Of a stretch of DNA of 64,000 nt, positions 11,500 to 26,160 are shown one piece after another. Source of the stretch: Macrostomum lignano (Eukaryota); assembly GCA_002269645.1 (NCBI GenBank), contig NIVC01002776.1:77405-141404 (forward strand), in the 5' to 3' direction. How positions within the stretch are numbered: position 1 is the stretch's first letter; the number at the start of each line of letters is the position of its first letter. The position numbers and the translations under genes are program-made. The notes beneath the pieces are model-generated. The model was not told the DNA's origin. It ran no database searches and saw only the letters and a list, made by a program, of their open reading frames with translations.

Positions 11500-12780
11500 T
11501 AAGACCTGAGGGTTTCAAGATCCCGGTAGCTCATCCCTTGGATCCCCACACGTCCCGACATCCATGTAAGGGTGATTCTGTTGAGGGACCCCAAGTTGTT
11601 AATGAGCAGCAGAGATGGCCAATGACATTTCTTATTAAACGGGACCAGAAGATCTCTGAGATCTCTGATAGCTATATGCATATCCTCTTGGAATTTTACT
11701 TGAGGCAGTGAGGCAGTAGAATATGCACTCGTTTCTTTCTCTCTTTCTTTTGAGCCCTTCGTTGCACACGAGCGTCGCCCTGTTGTACTGAGTCTCGCGG
11801 TGTAAGTAAACAACCTTATTTTAGAGATCTTTTGGCTGACCCTCGCACCTCTAAACGCGAATTGAAAAAATGCAGATGTGCAAAGATGAGTCACTAAAAT
11901 GCATGCCATTTACCATTTAGCTTCGTCTGTCTCACGGAACACTAAAAAAATTCTTCGCTGGGCGGTCGCAACAATGCCAACCCACCATCACAGGCTGTTT
12001 TTGCGACAATAAAACTATAATTTAACTATCAGTCACTTTGTGTCTACTAGTGGCTTATAATGTCCTGAGAAACCATGACAAGAACATGGCATTCTCTTCT
12101 AGCTTTACTTAAGTGACAAGTCACGTTAAAAGATAAAAAATTGTGTAGCAAAGGCAACAACCTAACCGTTGAAGACTTGACAAATTAGCCATGGACAGAA
12201 TCCTACGCCTATTCTGATCACCTGCCGTTTGTTTGTTGTGGTGAGTTGAGGCGCTGTGTTGTCGCGCTCGGGGATCCGGTGGTGCTGGTGTCCGCAGCGC
12301 CACCCCCTCCGGAGAGTACATGAAGTGGATGGTCGCTCCCCACCGGTAGCCCTCAGGTGGCAGAAATTTTCGGACCTGAAAACCCAAAAGGTTTGGGTTT
12401 GGGCCGAGGTAGGTGAGCCTGTCTTGAGTAAAGGCGGGAATTTACAGATAAAGTTGCTACGCATTCTCAACAAAGGGCCATGGCTACCGCCTTGATGTCT
12501 CTGCGGTGAAGACCAGGGCCCTGGGGAGGGTGGAAGAGAGACAGGGGACGACATTGCAGTCGGGGGCGATAGCTCACCTCTCCCTGCCAAAATGTCACCC
12601 ACATCTAAACATGCTGTCACCTGACATTTCCGAACTACTGGCAGGTCCCAAGCGGATTACGGATGTGGCGATGGGCTCACCAATCAGGTTTACAACAGCG
12701 ACAACGAATGCTGCGGCTCGGTTGTTGCTGCCAGCCACGACCCGTAGGTTGAGACCAGTGGGAAACTTCTAATGCTATAC
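11500..12780 (-). mobile_element. Decayed non-LTR retrotransposon remnant (RNase H-like and possibly endonuclease-like segments)
   Basis: Minus-strand translation IRLFT...HIAI...LLINNLGSLNRITLTWMSGRVGIQG resembles LINE RNase H (LxWxPGHxGIxGNE). Upstream fragments PWSS...GPLL, GSPT and GSDH resemble an APE endonuclease. Multiple stops and frameshifts. Confidence 0.55.
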
Positions 12781-13189
12781 TCGCATAACAAGTCCTGCAC
12801 CTTTTCTAACAAATTTCAAACTGAACTTTTAAAACTGTTCAGGTCGAGGAAGAAGCTGGATTCTATAGATACTCTGCAGCGCAGCTCTGCCCCCATGTAA
12901 GTGCCGCTACAGATACTGAAATAACTGGATGGGCCACGCAGGCGTGTAAAACAGCTTTCTACTTCCAGTTCAGTAGTAAGTAAAAATACATAAGCTATTT
13001 TATAAAAAAACAAGCTACTGAAACCCGTGGATTTTGAACCTGCTGAATTCCAATCCCCACAACTATTTTTGCTTGCATTCTTAAATCTGAAGTCATGCTG
13101 AAACTAAAGCTTGTTAATACGAGTAGATAAGATAGGGGTAGACAAAAATTGGAGTAGATGCGTGTTAAATTAAGATTTGAGGGCCTTTG

Positions 13190-13410
13190 AAACTTCACTC
13201 CTCTCCTCACTCTTCTCATCCGTCTCCTTTTCTCACATCTCTCTTCTCTCTTTTCTCCTCTCTTCTCTCTCATCTCTTCTCATTCCTCTCTTCTCTCTTT
13301 CTCTCTCATCTACTCTCTCTCCTCTCTCTCTCACCTCTCCTCTCTTTTCTTGTCTCTGCTCTTTCCTCTCTCCTCTCTTCTCTTTCCTCTCTCCTCTCTT
13401 TTCTGATCTC
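13190..13410. repeat. CT-rich low-complexity tract
   Basis: Almost pure pyrimidine, irregular (CT)n. Confidence 0.9.
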
Positions 13411-13931
13411 ATATACCATTTTATCTAATAACAATTGGGGCGGGTGTAAGAGGTTTTGTGTGGAAAGACGCAAGTTAGAGGGTTAGAGGCTATGGGGAGG
13501 AGCTAATAAATGAGCCGTGTCTTTAAAATACATCAAAATGCTTCAGTTTAACTTACTACTCAACTGACAGTAGCTTACACACAAATGTGCTGAGTGGCCC
13601 ATCTGGTTATTCTACGAGTAGGCATCTGTGGTCTACCGCGATCCAGTCGCTGTTGCGTTGGCTGCAGAATCTTTTAACTGTTATGAATAAAAACCGCTGC
13701 ATCTACTACAAGTAAGCTCTAATCGTAACTTATAAAATTTTTCCCAGTTACTTGTATTTGCCTATCACAGCGTTTATCCAACCGCTAGACACTAGGGGGA
13801 GACTTTCCAATCCCAGCTTCCCCGATGAAGCAATTTTATTTAATAATTCAGCAGCTATGGCCTCCAAGGGGCCCAACCTGAGTGGATAAAACCGTCATAA
13901 AATTCTACCAACAGCGCTGAGAACCGTCCCA

Positions 13932-15831
<1,900 letters not shown>

Positions 15832-15904
15832 GTCCTGCACTGCTCACTGATAATTCTGCTTGTCTTATTAATAAGATGCTCAGCTTATAAGCTGCTGGCG
15901 TGGG

Positions 15905-16817
15905 AGAGTGACACAATCAGAGTGCTAGTGAGAGTGACACGGTCAGAGTTATAGTGCGAGAGTGACACGGTCAGAGTGCCAGTGCGAGAGTGACACGGTC
16001 AGAGTGCTAGTGAGAGTGACACGGTCAGAGTTATAGTGCGAGAGTGACACGGTCAGAGTGCCAGTGCGAGAGTGACACGGTCAGAGTGCCAGTGAGAGTG
16101 ACACGGTCAGAGTTACAGTGCGAGAGTGACACGGTCAGAGTGACACTGCGAGAGTTACACAGTCAGAGTTACAGTGCGAGAGTGACACGGTCAGAGTGCC
16201 AGTGAGGGTGACACGGTCAGAGTGACACAGTCAGAGTGCCAGTGAGTGTGACACGGTCAGAGTGACACTGCAAGAGTGACACAGTCAGAGTGCCAGTGAG
16301 AGTGACACAGTCATATTGCCAGTGAGAGTGACACAGTCAGAGTGCCAGTGAGAGTGACACAGTCAGAGTGCCAGTGAGAGTGACACTGCAAGAGTGACAC
16401 AGTCAGAGTGCCAGTGAGAGTGACACAGTCATATTGCCAGTGAGAGTGACACAGTCAGAGTGCCAGTGAGAGTGACACAGTCAGAGTGCCAGTGAGAGTG
16501 ACACAGTCATATTGCCAGTGAGAGTGACACAGTCAGAGTGCCAGTGAGAGTGACACAGTCAGAGTTCCAGTAAGAGTGACACGGTCAGAGTGCCAGTGAG
16601 AGTGACAAGGTCAGAGTGACACTGCAAGAGTGACACAGTCAGAGTGCCAGTGAGAGTGACACAGTCAGAGTGCCAGTGAGAGTGACACAGTCAGAGTGCC
16701 AGTGAGAGTGACACAGTCAGAGTGCCAGTGCGAGAGTGACACGGTCAGAGTGCCAGTGCGAGAGTGACACGGTCAGAGTGCCAGTGCGAGAGTGACACGG
16801 TCAGAGTGACAGTGAGA
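15905..16817. repeat. Degenerate 26-28-bp minisatellite
   Basis: Units such as GAGTGACACRGTCAGAGTGCCAGTGA, with internal 13-bp subperiodicity. Confidence 0.92.
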
Positions 16818-17717
16818 CTTTCCGTAGTGCAATACTTACATTAGTAACTACATTAGTAAGGCGAATGTACTTTTAGGTAAAGTATCATAAAATACTCAAT
16901 TCAATGTAGTTGTCATTCAGCGAAGCCAAATTATTTACCAACTGCTTTTAGGCTTAATTGATTGTTTTTGCCGGAGAATTTTCGTGTACGCTCGTAGCTG
17001 TATATACCTCAGCATATGCTACGTGCCCTGAATATGCTGCTGCGTACGACAGTAAACTTTTGCCTGAAACTCAGTTCTAAATTTAGACCGGAAAAGGTAT
17101 CGACCTTGGCCCAGCTTTGGTCAAAGATATTTATTCTACATCGCAAGTCATGCTACCGTTCTTAGGATATGCTCAGAATTCTAATGCATAAAACCTCTCG
17201 CCAGTGTACATCTTCATCTACAAAACAGAGTTTAGTCCCACTGCTCTTCATCACTGACGCTCTTCAAAGCACATCGGCTGCAGAGTACAATGAGCTGGAA
17301 GCAGCCATGATGCAAATATTCCTTATAGCTCTATATAATTTTTTCTGGTGCGCAGGAAAGACAAAGACTTAAAGACAGGAAGGCATTTAGATACTTCAGC
17401 ATATTAAAAAGCTCTGTTCTAGTGTTTACTGAGCTTTATGGGGCCAGCTCCAGATGTGGCGTGATCTTAGAAAAAGCCTCACCTCCCCCCTACTGTGAGA
17501 CAATTCGCATCGTGTACCCAGCAAACTCGTGAGAAAGAGCTGAGCAGACAACTCACTCAAGCCCATATTACAGAAAATCTTGAGCATCGCTGTTCCAAAT
17601 TGCCTCTCTTCCAGGTCTGCATTAAAATAAAAGAAATTTGAGCAAAATAAATTTGCAAAGAGAAAACAACACAACGCAGCCAAGACAACAACCCACATTG
17701 ACTCGCAAAATACAGCG

Positions 17718-20700
17718 ATGCACAGTTTGTTGTGCCTGCTGCTAACCGGCTGCTGTCTGATTGTTGCGGTGAGTTTCAATGCTCAACTTGCTTTCTGATT
17801 GACTTTGCAGACAGACAAGCAACTGCCGGTAGGTCTTTTAGATTCTGCTACTCAATTATAGGAGTTACAGAGTCCCATCAGTTATAATACCTAAGTCGGT
17901 CTCTATGAGGCCACCTTTCCAGCTCTGCTTCCCTTCAATGTCATCAAAAAACGCGAAATTTCATTACCGCTAAAAATTTTGCACTTACTTTCATAAATGG
18001 CAGTCTTTTTAGCGGTTGTGAAGTTTCGTGTCAATAAGTTTTTTAAACTTATTTGCAGGTGAACTGCCACGGCTACATGACGATCAAGTTTCAGCAGTAC
18101 CACAACCATGACAGCCGGTGCTCCGATGGAACTTATTGCGACACGATTCTTTTCTTCAACTCCAGAGAGAGCGCCTGCGATCCGCACTTCCACCTGACAG
18201 CTGACCGCTATAACGCTGGCGGGTAGGTAGTTAGAACTTTGACCAACCCTCTAAGCCTCCATCCTCTCGAGCATCAAGGGCGAAAGTCCCTTTTCCATTG
18301 GTTCGAAATACTCGTACGCTTCCCAAAGACTTTGCTGAAATACAGATTTCGAATTCCTTTCAACTTCAGAAACGGGCTGTTCGACCACAGTCAGTCAGGC
18401 TGGTACTGGGACAAGGATGTGATCGACTTCGGATCGGATTTCGCGGGAATAAAGAATCCCGTTGTCATTGCGATGAACTTCGACAACAACGATGTGAGTC
18501 CGCGCACCGAGTAGTTCGCACCTGCGGTCTGAATCTGAGTCTCATTTCGTGCATGGTGAATTTTCAATTGCAGGGCCGACTCTTCATCAGAGTCATTGTC
18601 CATGACAAGGACAGCACGGCAGACGATTTGATTGACATATTCTCGGCTACCCTGGAGGCCTCCGGCCCAGACGCAAAGGACCTGACGATTGTCAGCCATG
18701 CGATGGGTCACACGTAGGTTGCTCACATGCTCATAGTTTGTGATAACCTGTTCCAACGTTCATCAAATTTTATCCTTTAATCTCTGCTTCATCAGCTTGC
18801 GCATCCGATACTGGTACAGCTGCCATTCCGGCTACTACGGCGCGCTGTGCAACACCTACTGCATGGAGAAGAATAACGCGTGGGATGGTCATTACACCTG
18901 CGGCTCAGACGGACAGAAAGTCTGCCGTAGCGGTGAGTGACTGACTTTAAGGCACCAATTCCTATCGATATCGATGGTACTTTTGCACAAAAACTGAATT
19001 TTCTCAAAAACGTTACTTCTTTACTTTCAATCTAAAGTTATGAGCCACTGGTTGAAGGTGTCTCTACGCTCGAGTACGTGCAGTGCCATGAATTGCCACT
19101 AGAAAATGAACGACTGAGAAAATTTTGCTACAGAGATCAGTTCCGCTTATGACTTTATAACGCATTGACTCACCTTAGGCTGGATCGGCGCCGACTGCAA
19201 GACGCCGCACCCGTGTAGCACCGGCGTCTGTCAGAACGGCGCCACTTGTGTACCTAACGGTGACTCCTACAGCTGCCGATGTCCCGCTGACTACTCCGGT
19301 ACGAACTGTGAGACCTTTCTCAACCCGTGCACCTACCGAAACCCGTGCAAAAACGGCGCCACCTGCGTACTTAACGGTGACTCCTACAGCTGCCGATGTC
19401 CCGCTGACTACTCCGGTACGAACTGCGAGACCTTTCTCAACCCGTGCACCTACCGAAACCCGTGCAAAAATGGTGCCACCTGCCAGCTGGACGCCGGCCG
19501 ACAGCCGCAGTGCCGCTGCTTGCCGCAGTTCACCGGATCTCATTGTGAGCTCGACGTCGATGAGTGCTCGACTGAGTCGCCGTGCAGTAACGACATGCCA
19601 TGCGTCAACATTCACGGCGGTTTCTACTGCAACTGCACCGACGCAAAGCTCCACGGCAGCCTCTGCGAGTTCGACCGCTGCAACACCACCGTCTGCTTGA
19701 ACAGCGGCATCTGTCACGTGAACGAGACGGACGGTGTTCCACGGTGCCTCTGTCCGGAAGGATTTTTAGGAGAGAACTGCGAGATCGATAACCCGTGCTA
19801 CAGCAGCCCGTGCCAGAACGGGGCGCCCTGCAGAAACAGCGCCGTCGGATTCGCCTGCGACTGCCCGCCAGACTTCATCGGAGACCGATGCGAGACAGCG
19901 AAGCCGAACTACTGCGCCAGTGGGCCCTGCCGCAACGGAGGAGACTGCGTCAGCGGTACGGACGGCTTCAGCTGCACCTGTCCAACAGGCTTCAAAGGCG
20001 CGCTCTGCGAACGTTTCGCATCCGAAGGCACCCCGAAATCGGTCGGCCAGGTGGGCGAAAATCCCGGCGACGCCTCGACTGGAAACTCCAGCGTTGTTGG
20101 AGTGGCGGCCGGATGCGCAGTAGGCTTCCTGCTGCTGATTGCCCTCGGCGTGTTCCTGGGCGTCTACCTGCTGCGTCGACGACGTAACGCCGGGTAAGTA
20201 CTCGTAGATTGGATGGGCAAAAATAATACGCACCATTGTCGGTTACATCCTCGAAAGCTTGAACTCTCTCGCATAAATAGTATGTATCTTTGTTGCTAGA
20301 TATGTGGTTCATTAAACACAGCTTACTATCCTTGATCCGTCCTGAACTACTCGCAGGTCCGAAGCAGATCTCGGGAGCAGCATCGGACACACCAATGAAA
20401 TTTATAACAATGCCAGCGAATTTACCGGCACAGTGCGCAGTTACGAGTAAGTAGAGCAGGTCAAATGTTGTTTAACAATCGGCGTTCCCTATGGGCCGTC
20501 TTGTGTCACTTTCCTTGCGCCTATTAATAATATTTAAAACGTGCTCAGTAATTTCTACTAGCAGTAGTGCATTAATACTGATTTTCTGCAAAAATTTCTC
20601 ACAGCCCGACTGTCCAATGGGAAGACGAGCCTGCAGTCTACGAAGCAATCAGCGGTCTGCCGGTTGGCGAACCGGCGAACCAGCTGCCGGTCGGTGGACT

Positions 20701-20731
20701 GGAAAATTCGGCCTACGAAGAGGACGCCTGA
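17718..20731 (+). CDS. Delta-like DSL Notch ligand, about 615 aa; exons 17718-17768, (17811-17828 micro-exon), 18059-18222, 18370-18493, 18574-18713, 18796-18932, 19179-20193, 20357-20446, 20605-20731
   Basis: Signal peptide MHSLLCLLLTGCCLIVA-VNC, MNNL/C2-like region, DSL motif CHSGYYGALCNTYC...GHYTCGSDGQKVCRSGWIGADC, 7 EGF repeats, TM helix, RRRR stop-transfer and a 78-aa tail. All introns are GT-AG with matching phases. Confidence 0.9.
19235..19483 (+). repeat. 117-bp intragenic duplication of an EGF-coding unit
   Basis: AACGGCGCCAC...CCGTGCAAA repeated at offset 117 (19235, 19352, partial at 19469) with only a few substitutions. Confidence 0.93.
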
Positions 20732-22164
20732 GCAACCAGCGGTGTTCAGAAACTTTTGCCTCGTGTGGCCAAGGAAAAGTTATTGAGAAGCGTCATTGCT
20801 CTGTTTTATTGATTGATCGATTGACCAAGTTATCATTTAAGTTTACACTTTGCTTTAGCAAGCCGACTCCCGAACACTCATTCAACTCATGCACCGAATT
20901 CCCGCATTTTCCTGCCGATAATTTTCACAAAGTTTCGTTGCATCATAAAGTTTTAACAAGTGTTTACAGCTAATAAAACTGTTTTTTACAAGGTTTTTTG
21001 TATATAAAAGTTAACATCGCTTGCCCGAGAGTGCGTAATGCAATATTTAACTATAGCTCTGATAATTTCTGTTAATTTAACGCTCTTTGATCTCGCTAGA
21101 TCTCGCTATTCGTAAAGTTAACTTGTCTGAAATTCAATGCGCTCAAAACTATTCCTTTAATAGATCTTTTTTATTTAAAAAAGTTGTTCTAATACACTTA
21201 AAAATATTCGAAAACTTGCCGCCAAAACTTGAGTACTTTTCAGTCACTTTTCTGAAATAAAAATTCCAGGAAGTTCTTTGTAAAGCATCGCCAATTCTGT
21301 GAAGTGCTTGAGTCTCTGTTCAACGATGTGAGATCAGTTGGTCAGAGGATCATCTGTCATGACGCCCATTGACACAAAAAGCGTTTTTTTTGTTTCCCCC
21401 GGTGGGCCATCCCGCGATGTGAATGCAAATTGAAACTCCAAAGTGTTGTGCCCGGGTGCACTTGCACCGATGAGCAATCTCTGGCTCTCGGTCAAAGTGT
21501 GCCCGGCTCTGCAGTCCCACCCCCGGCCGCGTGCCTGCGCCAACCCCCCCCATTCTGTCTGCGTCAACCCCCCATTCTGTCTGCGTCAACCCCCCCTCCA
21601 GTTGCACCCACCCCACTGCCTGTTAGGCCAGCCGGCTTTGGCTGGCTGCGGCCCCAGTGCGCCCCCTCGCTCACCCTGCGATTGGATGGTGGTCCAGCCA
21701 ATCGGTTTGTTTCCTCTCCCCTCCAATCGCGACCCCGACTTGTAACTTTTTCCTTGTTGGATAAGACGATCGTAATTTTGGCTAGCTGGGCCTGGGGTAG
21801 CGATACCTCAGGGCTTAACCAGCTAGCACAAATATAAATATATATGCAGGAGCGGCAGTAGGGGAGGCATCTCTCTTTCCTTGGTTGAATTGTGCAAGTC
21901 ACAGCCATAAGTCTAATACTGCAATCTAGATACCTGTCTATTCCATAGACTGAAGAGAGAACATTGAGAGAAGCCACCCCTGCTGCCGCCACCGCTGTTA
22001 CCCGAAGAAACAGAGTGAGTCGCGTGTCTTTCTTATTTGAGGGACTGGCGGGAATCAATCTGTGCAATAGGGACGGGCTGATTAAGTCTCGTGACGCGAT
22101 CCCCCGCTCAGAGTCCGAAGTCAGTCCGGCCAGTTGACTGACGCCATCTTCGGCTCGTTCACTA

Positions 22165-22307
22165 TGATAGTCAGGGTAGTGATCCGACTATCTGTGATAG
22201 TCAGGGTAGTGATCCGACTATCTGTGATAGTCAGGGTAGTGATCCGACTATCTGTGATAGTCAGGGTAGTGATCCGACTATCTGTGATAGTCAGGGTAGT
22301 GATCCGG
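22165..22307. repeat. 30-bp minisatellite, about 4.7 copies, each unit with an internal inverted repeat
   Basis: Unit GATAGTCAGGGTAGTGATCCGACTATCTGT; GATAGTC and GACTATC are complementary. Confidence 0.93.
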
Positions 22308-22729
22308 CCTGTAGCACAACACAAGAGCACCTAAGATGCTCAGTGTTTGCGGCAGACAGACTCGGCAGTAAAAAGTTAATAAATAGCTTGTATTTAAAGG
22401 AGCTGCGCCTGGAGCTTAGTGAGCTCAGCGACAATAATCTGGGGCTCTCTTAGTTTGAGCGCCAACCCCCAAGGCACAGAGAGTGAGTTGCACGCCTGCT
22501 AATGAGAAAGTCAGGGTACACCCTGCGAACGTATCCGTGTCCGTGTTGCTCAGTGGTCAGCAGAATGGGGCGCGACTGCTTGTCCTTTCGCTGGCTGGGG
22601 GGTCCACAGTCAACTTGATTTGCGAACATTGCCCGGATGCCTCACTGAAAACTAACCAACACTTAGTGTCAGCAGTGCAGCATCCGGGTAGAATTTACAA
22701 AACAACGATACTTGGCTCACACTGGTTTA

Positions 22730-22860
22730 GGATTGGGGGTGGTTAGAGTGTCGGACTCACGAATTGAAGGTCGGGGGTTCGATTCTGGATCCTACTAGAA
22801 CAATTTGTGGCCTTGAGCAAGACACTTAACCCTGCATTGCTTCAGTTCACCCAGCGGGTG
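22730..22860 (+). mobile_element. tRNA-derived SINE
   Basis: A-box-like TGGTTAGAG (22740), B-box GGTTCGATTC (22776-22785), then core CCTTGAGCAAGACACTTAACCC (22811-22832) resembling the conserved central domain of V-SINE-type elements. No full tRNA cloverleaf. Confidence 0.65.
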
Positions 22861-23577
22861 TGTGTGGCGACCCCCAGTCCTTGGACTGAACAGCCGTACG
22901 CAGCCTTCAGATGCACCGCGCAAATAGCTGCGACTGAGCTGTCGGTTGCACATCTGGTCCAATTGGGGTAGGTGCATTCAATTATTCTTATTAAATCATT
23001 CTCATTATGTTTAAGATAGAAAGGGTTGGGCGCAAATTTGATTTGTAAATTTGTAAATTTGGTTTAGCTCTGTTGGCCGTACACCGTTTAACTCTCTGAC
23101 CGTCAAGTGTACAATGTCTGCCCCCGTCACTCTGCAGCCAATCAGCTTGCACGCTTATTGTTTATCAGGCGCAACTCCACCCCACGCAAATATCGATTTC
23201 TAAATATATATTGGCGCTCAAGGCCGCGCAGTGGCCAAGCCTTTTCTTACCCCTGAAGCAAATCTACAAGCTCTTTAATAATTGGATTTTATAAAATATC
23301 AAACACAAAAGAGAAAACCACCGCCTTGACGCTTTAACAACTGGAGGAAATGATTTTCGAATCTCTGAACCCATTGTATGATCAGCTCAGTTGACTCTAT
23401 CAAAAGCATGCAAGCGGTGTTTATAATAGTTTATTTTAAAACTCTGCAAACAGATATAAACTCTCAAGTGAACGATTAACGGGTGATGAGAGCAAGTTGT
23501 AAAAACACAGGCATCGATACTTAAATCAAGGTATTGATTAGCTTGGTTTATGCGCATTGCTGCTCAGACAGGATCTA

Positions 23578-25433
23578 TCAGGCATTCTCGGGCCGCTCCG
23601 CCTCGTAGGCCGGCGGCGGGCTCACCGGGAACAGTTCGTAGTAACCGGGCGGCTTCGCTGCCGGCTGCTGCAACTCTGGCGCCGGTCTAGCGTCATTCCG
23701 CGGATAGTCGGGCGAGCCTCTCGCTGCCCGGGTCGCCGTCGAGTCGCCAACTGACGATCTGTGCTTGCAGCAGGCGGACTTCACCGCCTTGGCCAGGCAG
23801 CAGGACAGCCCCGCCATGGCGACTAGTAGGGCCAGGCCGGAGACCGCATAGCCCAAGCTGGAATGGGGATGGGGTGAGGCAAGCCGCTCTGCCTGTTGTT
23901 TTTCTTTGTTTCAGAGGCCTACAGAGCCTGTCTGTGCGTTTCTGTGTCTCTGTAGCTATCGGCGAACACTAAAGACTCTGGTGTTGTGAGCTGCGCCTCC
24001 CAATTCTTCATTTTATTTTTCTCGTTTTCATTTTCCCCTTTTCATTGGCTGGCGTCTTTTCGTCTCCCTCTCTCGTTTATGCCAGTCCAATCATGTCTCT
24101 GGCCGCGGAGGCGCCTGATTGGCTAGCCTCCCCCTTCTTTCTCTATCGCCCTTCAACACTGAGTTTTGCCCCACCACTCCCCCAGTCCTGCGTGGCTTTG
24201 CCCCACCTAGCCCCCTGCTCTTACCCAGTATTTTCGTGCGCGCGCGGCCCTCGCCCCTCCCTGCTCCCTACCACTAGCCCTACGCGTGCTTAAGTTAAAG
24301 TGAAGATTCAACTAGAAGTACATTCAACTGGAGCTGAAATATAGAAACAAAGTCAGCCCTTAATGAGCGCGTCACGTGACCCCTTCAGGAAAGACAGCGT
24401 TTACTTTTTATTAATTAATCCTATCTTCACTATTCTCTTCTCTCGTCGCCGTCTCATTCGGGTCTGCGAAGGCCTGTACGCCTCCGGACCCGTGCTCACC
24501 TTTGCTGCTGCTGAGTGGCTACCTGCTCACAACCTCCTCATCCGCACCTCCCTCCTGCCGTAGGGCTGGACGAGTGTCTGAACGCTCTCAGCTTCTCCAC
24601 TTCCGCCTCGAAGTGTCTGTGCGCCTCGGGGTCGCCACTCTCTCGCCTATCACACCTGGCAAGCTCTGAGCAGTCCCTAACCCTCACCCTGATCATCCCG
24701 TCTGCGGTCCGCACGGACGGAAGCAGAAAATACAACACTGATGACCATGATGGCAGAAATTCCAGGCTTGAAGCCAACTGTTGTACTAATGCACTGTGTG
24801 CACCCAGCAACGCAGCACACCCGCCAGCAGTCCAAGTCGCTATGACGGCCCGTTAGCCGTTGCTCCGTCCGAAAAAAGCCATGTACGAGCGGCCCAGTCG
24901 CAAATGCTCATTCACCACCTGTTCTAGTGGACGCCCCGCGATCCAGCCCGACAGCTTGTGTCCCCAAACCTCTTTGCTCACTTTGCATATGATCTGCTCA
25001 GATAAGCCTCGCCCGAACCTGCTGAGATGCGTTGATAAGCTAGCTAATGGGTGAACTTTTTTCACTCGCCCAGCGTGTCTTTGTGTCAGTAGAGCACACA
25101 ACTCACTATTTCCAGTAGTTGGAGCTGCCACAGTCGCCAGACTCTGTGCTCTGATCGCAGTCATCGCAGCAGTAATAGTAACTGGCCCCGCTGCTCAGGC
25201 GGCAGCAGTAGGGGTCGGGCTTCTTGCAGGTGACGTTGGCGCGTTTGCCACTGATAAAAACGGTGCACAGACTTGAGTCGGCGTATGTCACTGAAATTGA
25301 TGCAAATTTCGGTTCGGAATCAATCGAGTTTCTCCCTGCAAGGACAGACACCCTCAAACTGATCGGAGACTCTCACAGACTCACAGAATGTTCCAACTAG
25401 GATCAGGAGTAGCAGGACTGAGCAGCTTCTCAT
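23578..25433 (-). CDS. Shisa-like single-TM adaptor, paralog A, 185 aa; exons 25433-25385, 25335-25107, 23857-23578
   Basis: Signal peptide MRSCSVLLLLILVG, Cys-rich ectodomain C..C..YCC..YCC..C..C, YWKY, TM helix, juxtamembrane CC, and tail motifs PPGY and PPAY. Intron phases 1 and 2 are consistent. Confidence 0.75.
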
Positions 25434-26160
25434 TCTCGACGATTGACTCTCCCGTCTTGAAGAGACGACAAGGTCCCTAAAATTTGCTGAGAAAGTTTTC
25501 AGCTCAGCAGAGCCGCTGTTGTTTGCTTTTCTCTCATTGTTCAAATGACTCACTGTGCTGAACGTCTGTTGGGCAGGAAATTCGGAAAAACAAACCTTGC
25601 TGCTCGACAATGCACATCGAGCTCTGTGCTTATCTACGCTCGTAGAATTTATTGTACAATTCTGTTTTGAGCACTGCTCAGGCTGCCCTCACACCGAACT
25701 CCAGTAAGTTTGCGCACTTGGCTGCGCATCCAGCAAAGCAGCAAAGCCGAGGGGAGACTGGGTGGGTCGGAAACAAGACAGTCGCCCTCGCCAACTCCTG
25801 CTGGCTCTCTGACTGCATGCGCACTCGCCTTTCCTCTAACCTGCTGCTGCCACTGCTTTACGGCATTCAGTCCCCAGTCTGCGGCCAACGCCAGGCTGAC
25901 TGTCAGACAGCTCCTGCAATTGACTGTTTATCTGTTTAAGTCTGTCTGCTTGAACAAAAATGAAATCATACTACGACATCTTGCTCACGACCATAACTGC
26001 TTTGAGTGCACTTTAGCTGAGAAGAAGCCTAAAGCTTTTTTTTTATAATAACAAGTAGTGCGACTGGTACGTTGGCGATTCCAGCTGACAGGCCACATCA
26101 TCTGACGCGAGTCGTACTTCCTACAGCCGGTACAGGAGGTGCTGCTGCTGACACTGCAGG

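Noticed and set aside
24853-25060. Possible KDZ-type transposase remnant in the paralog A intron
   Set aside because: Only a vague resemblance (FGRGLSEQ); no catalytic motif or termini.
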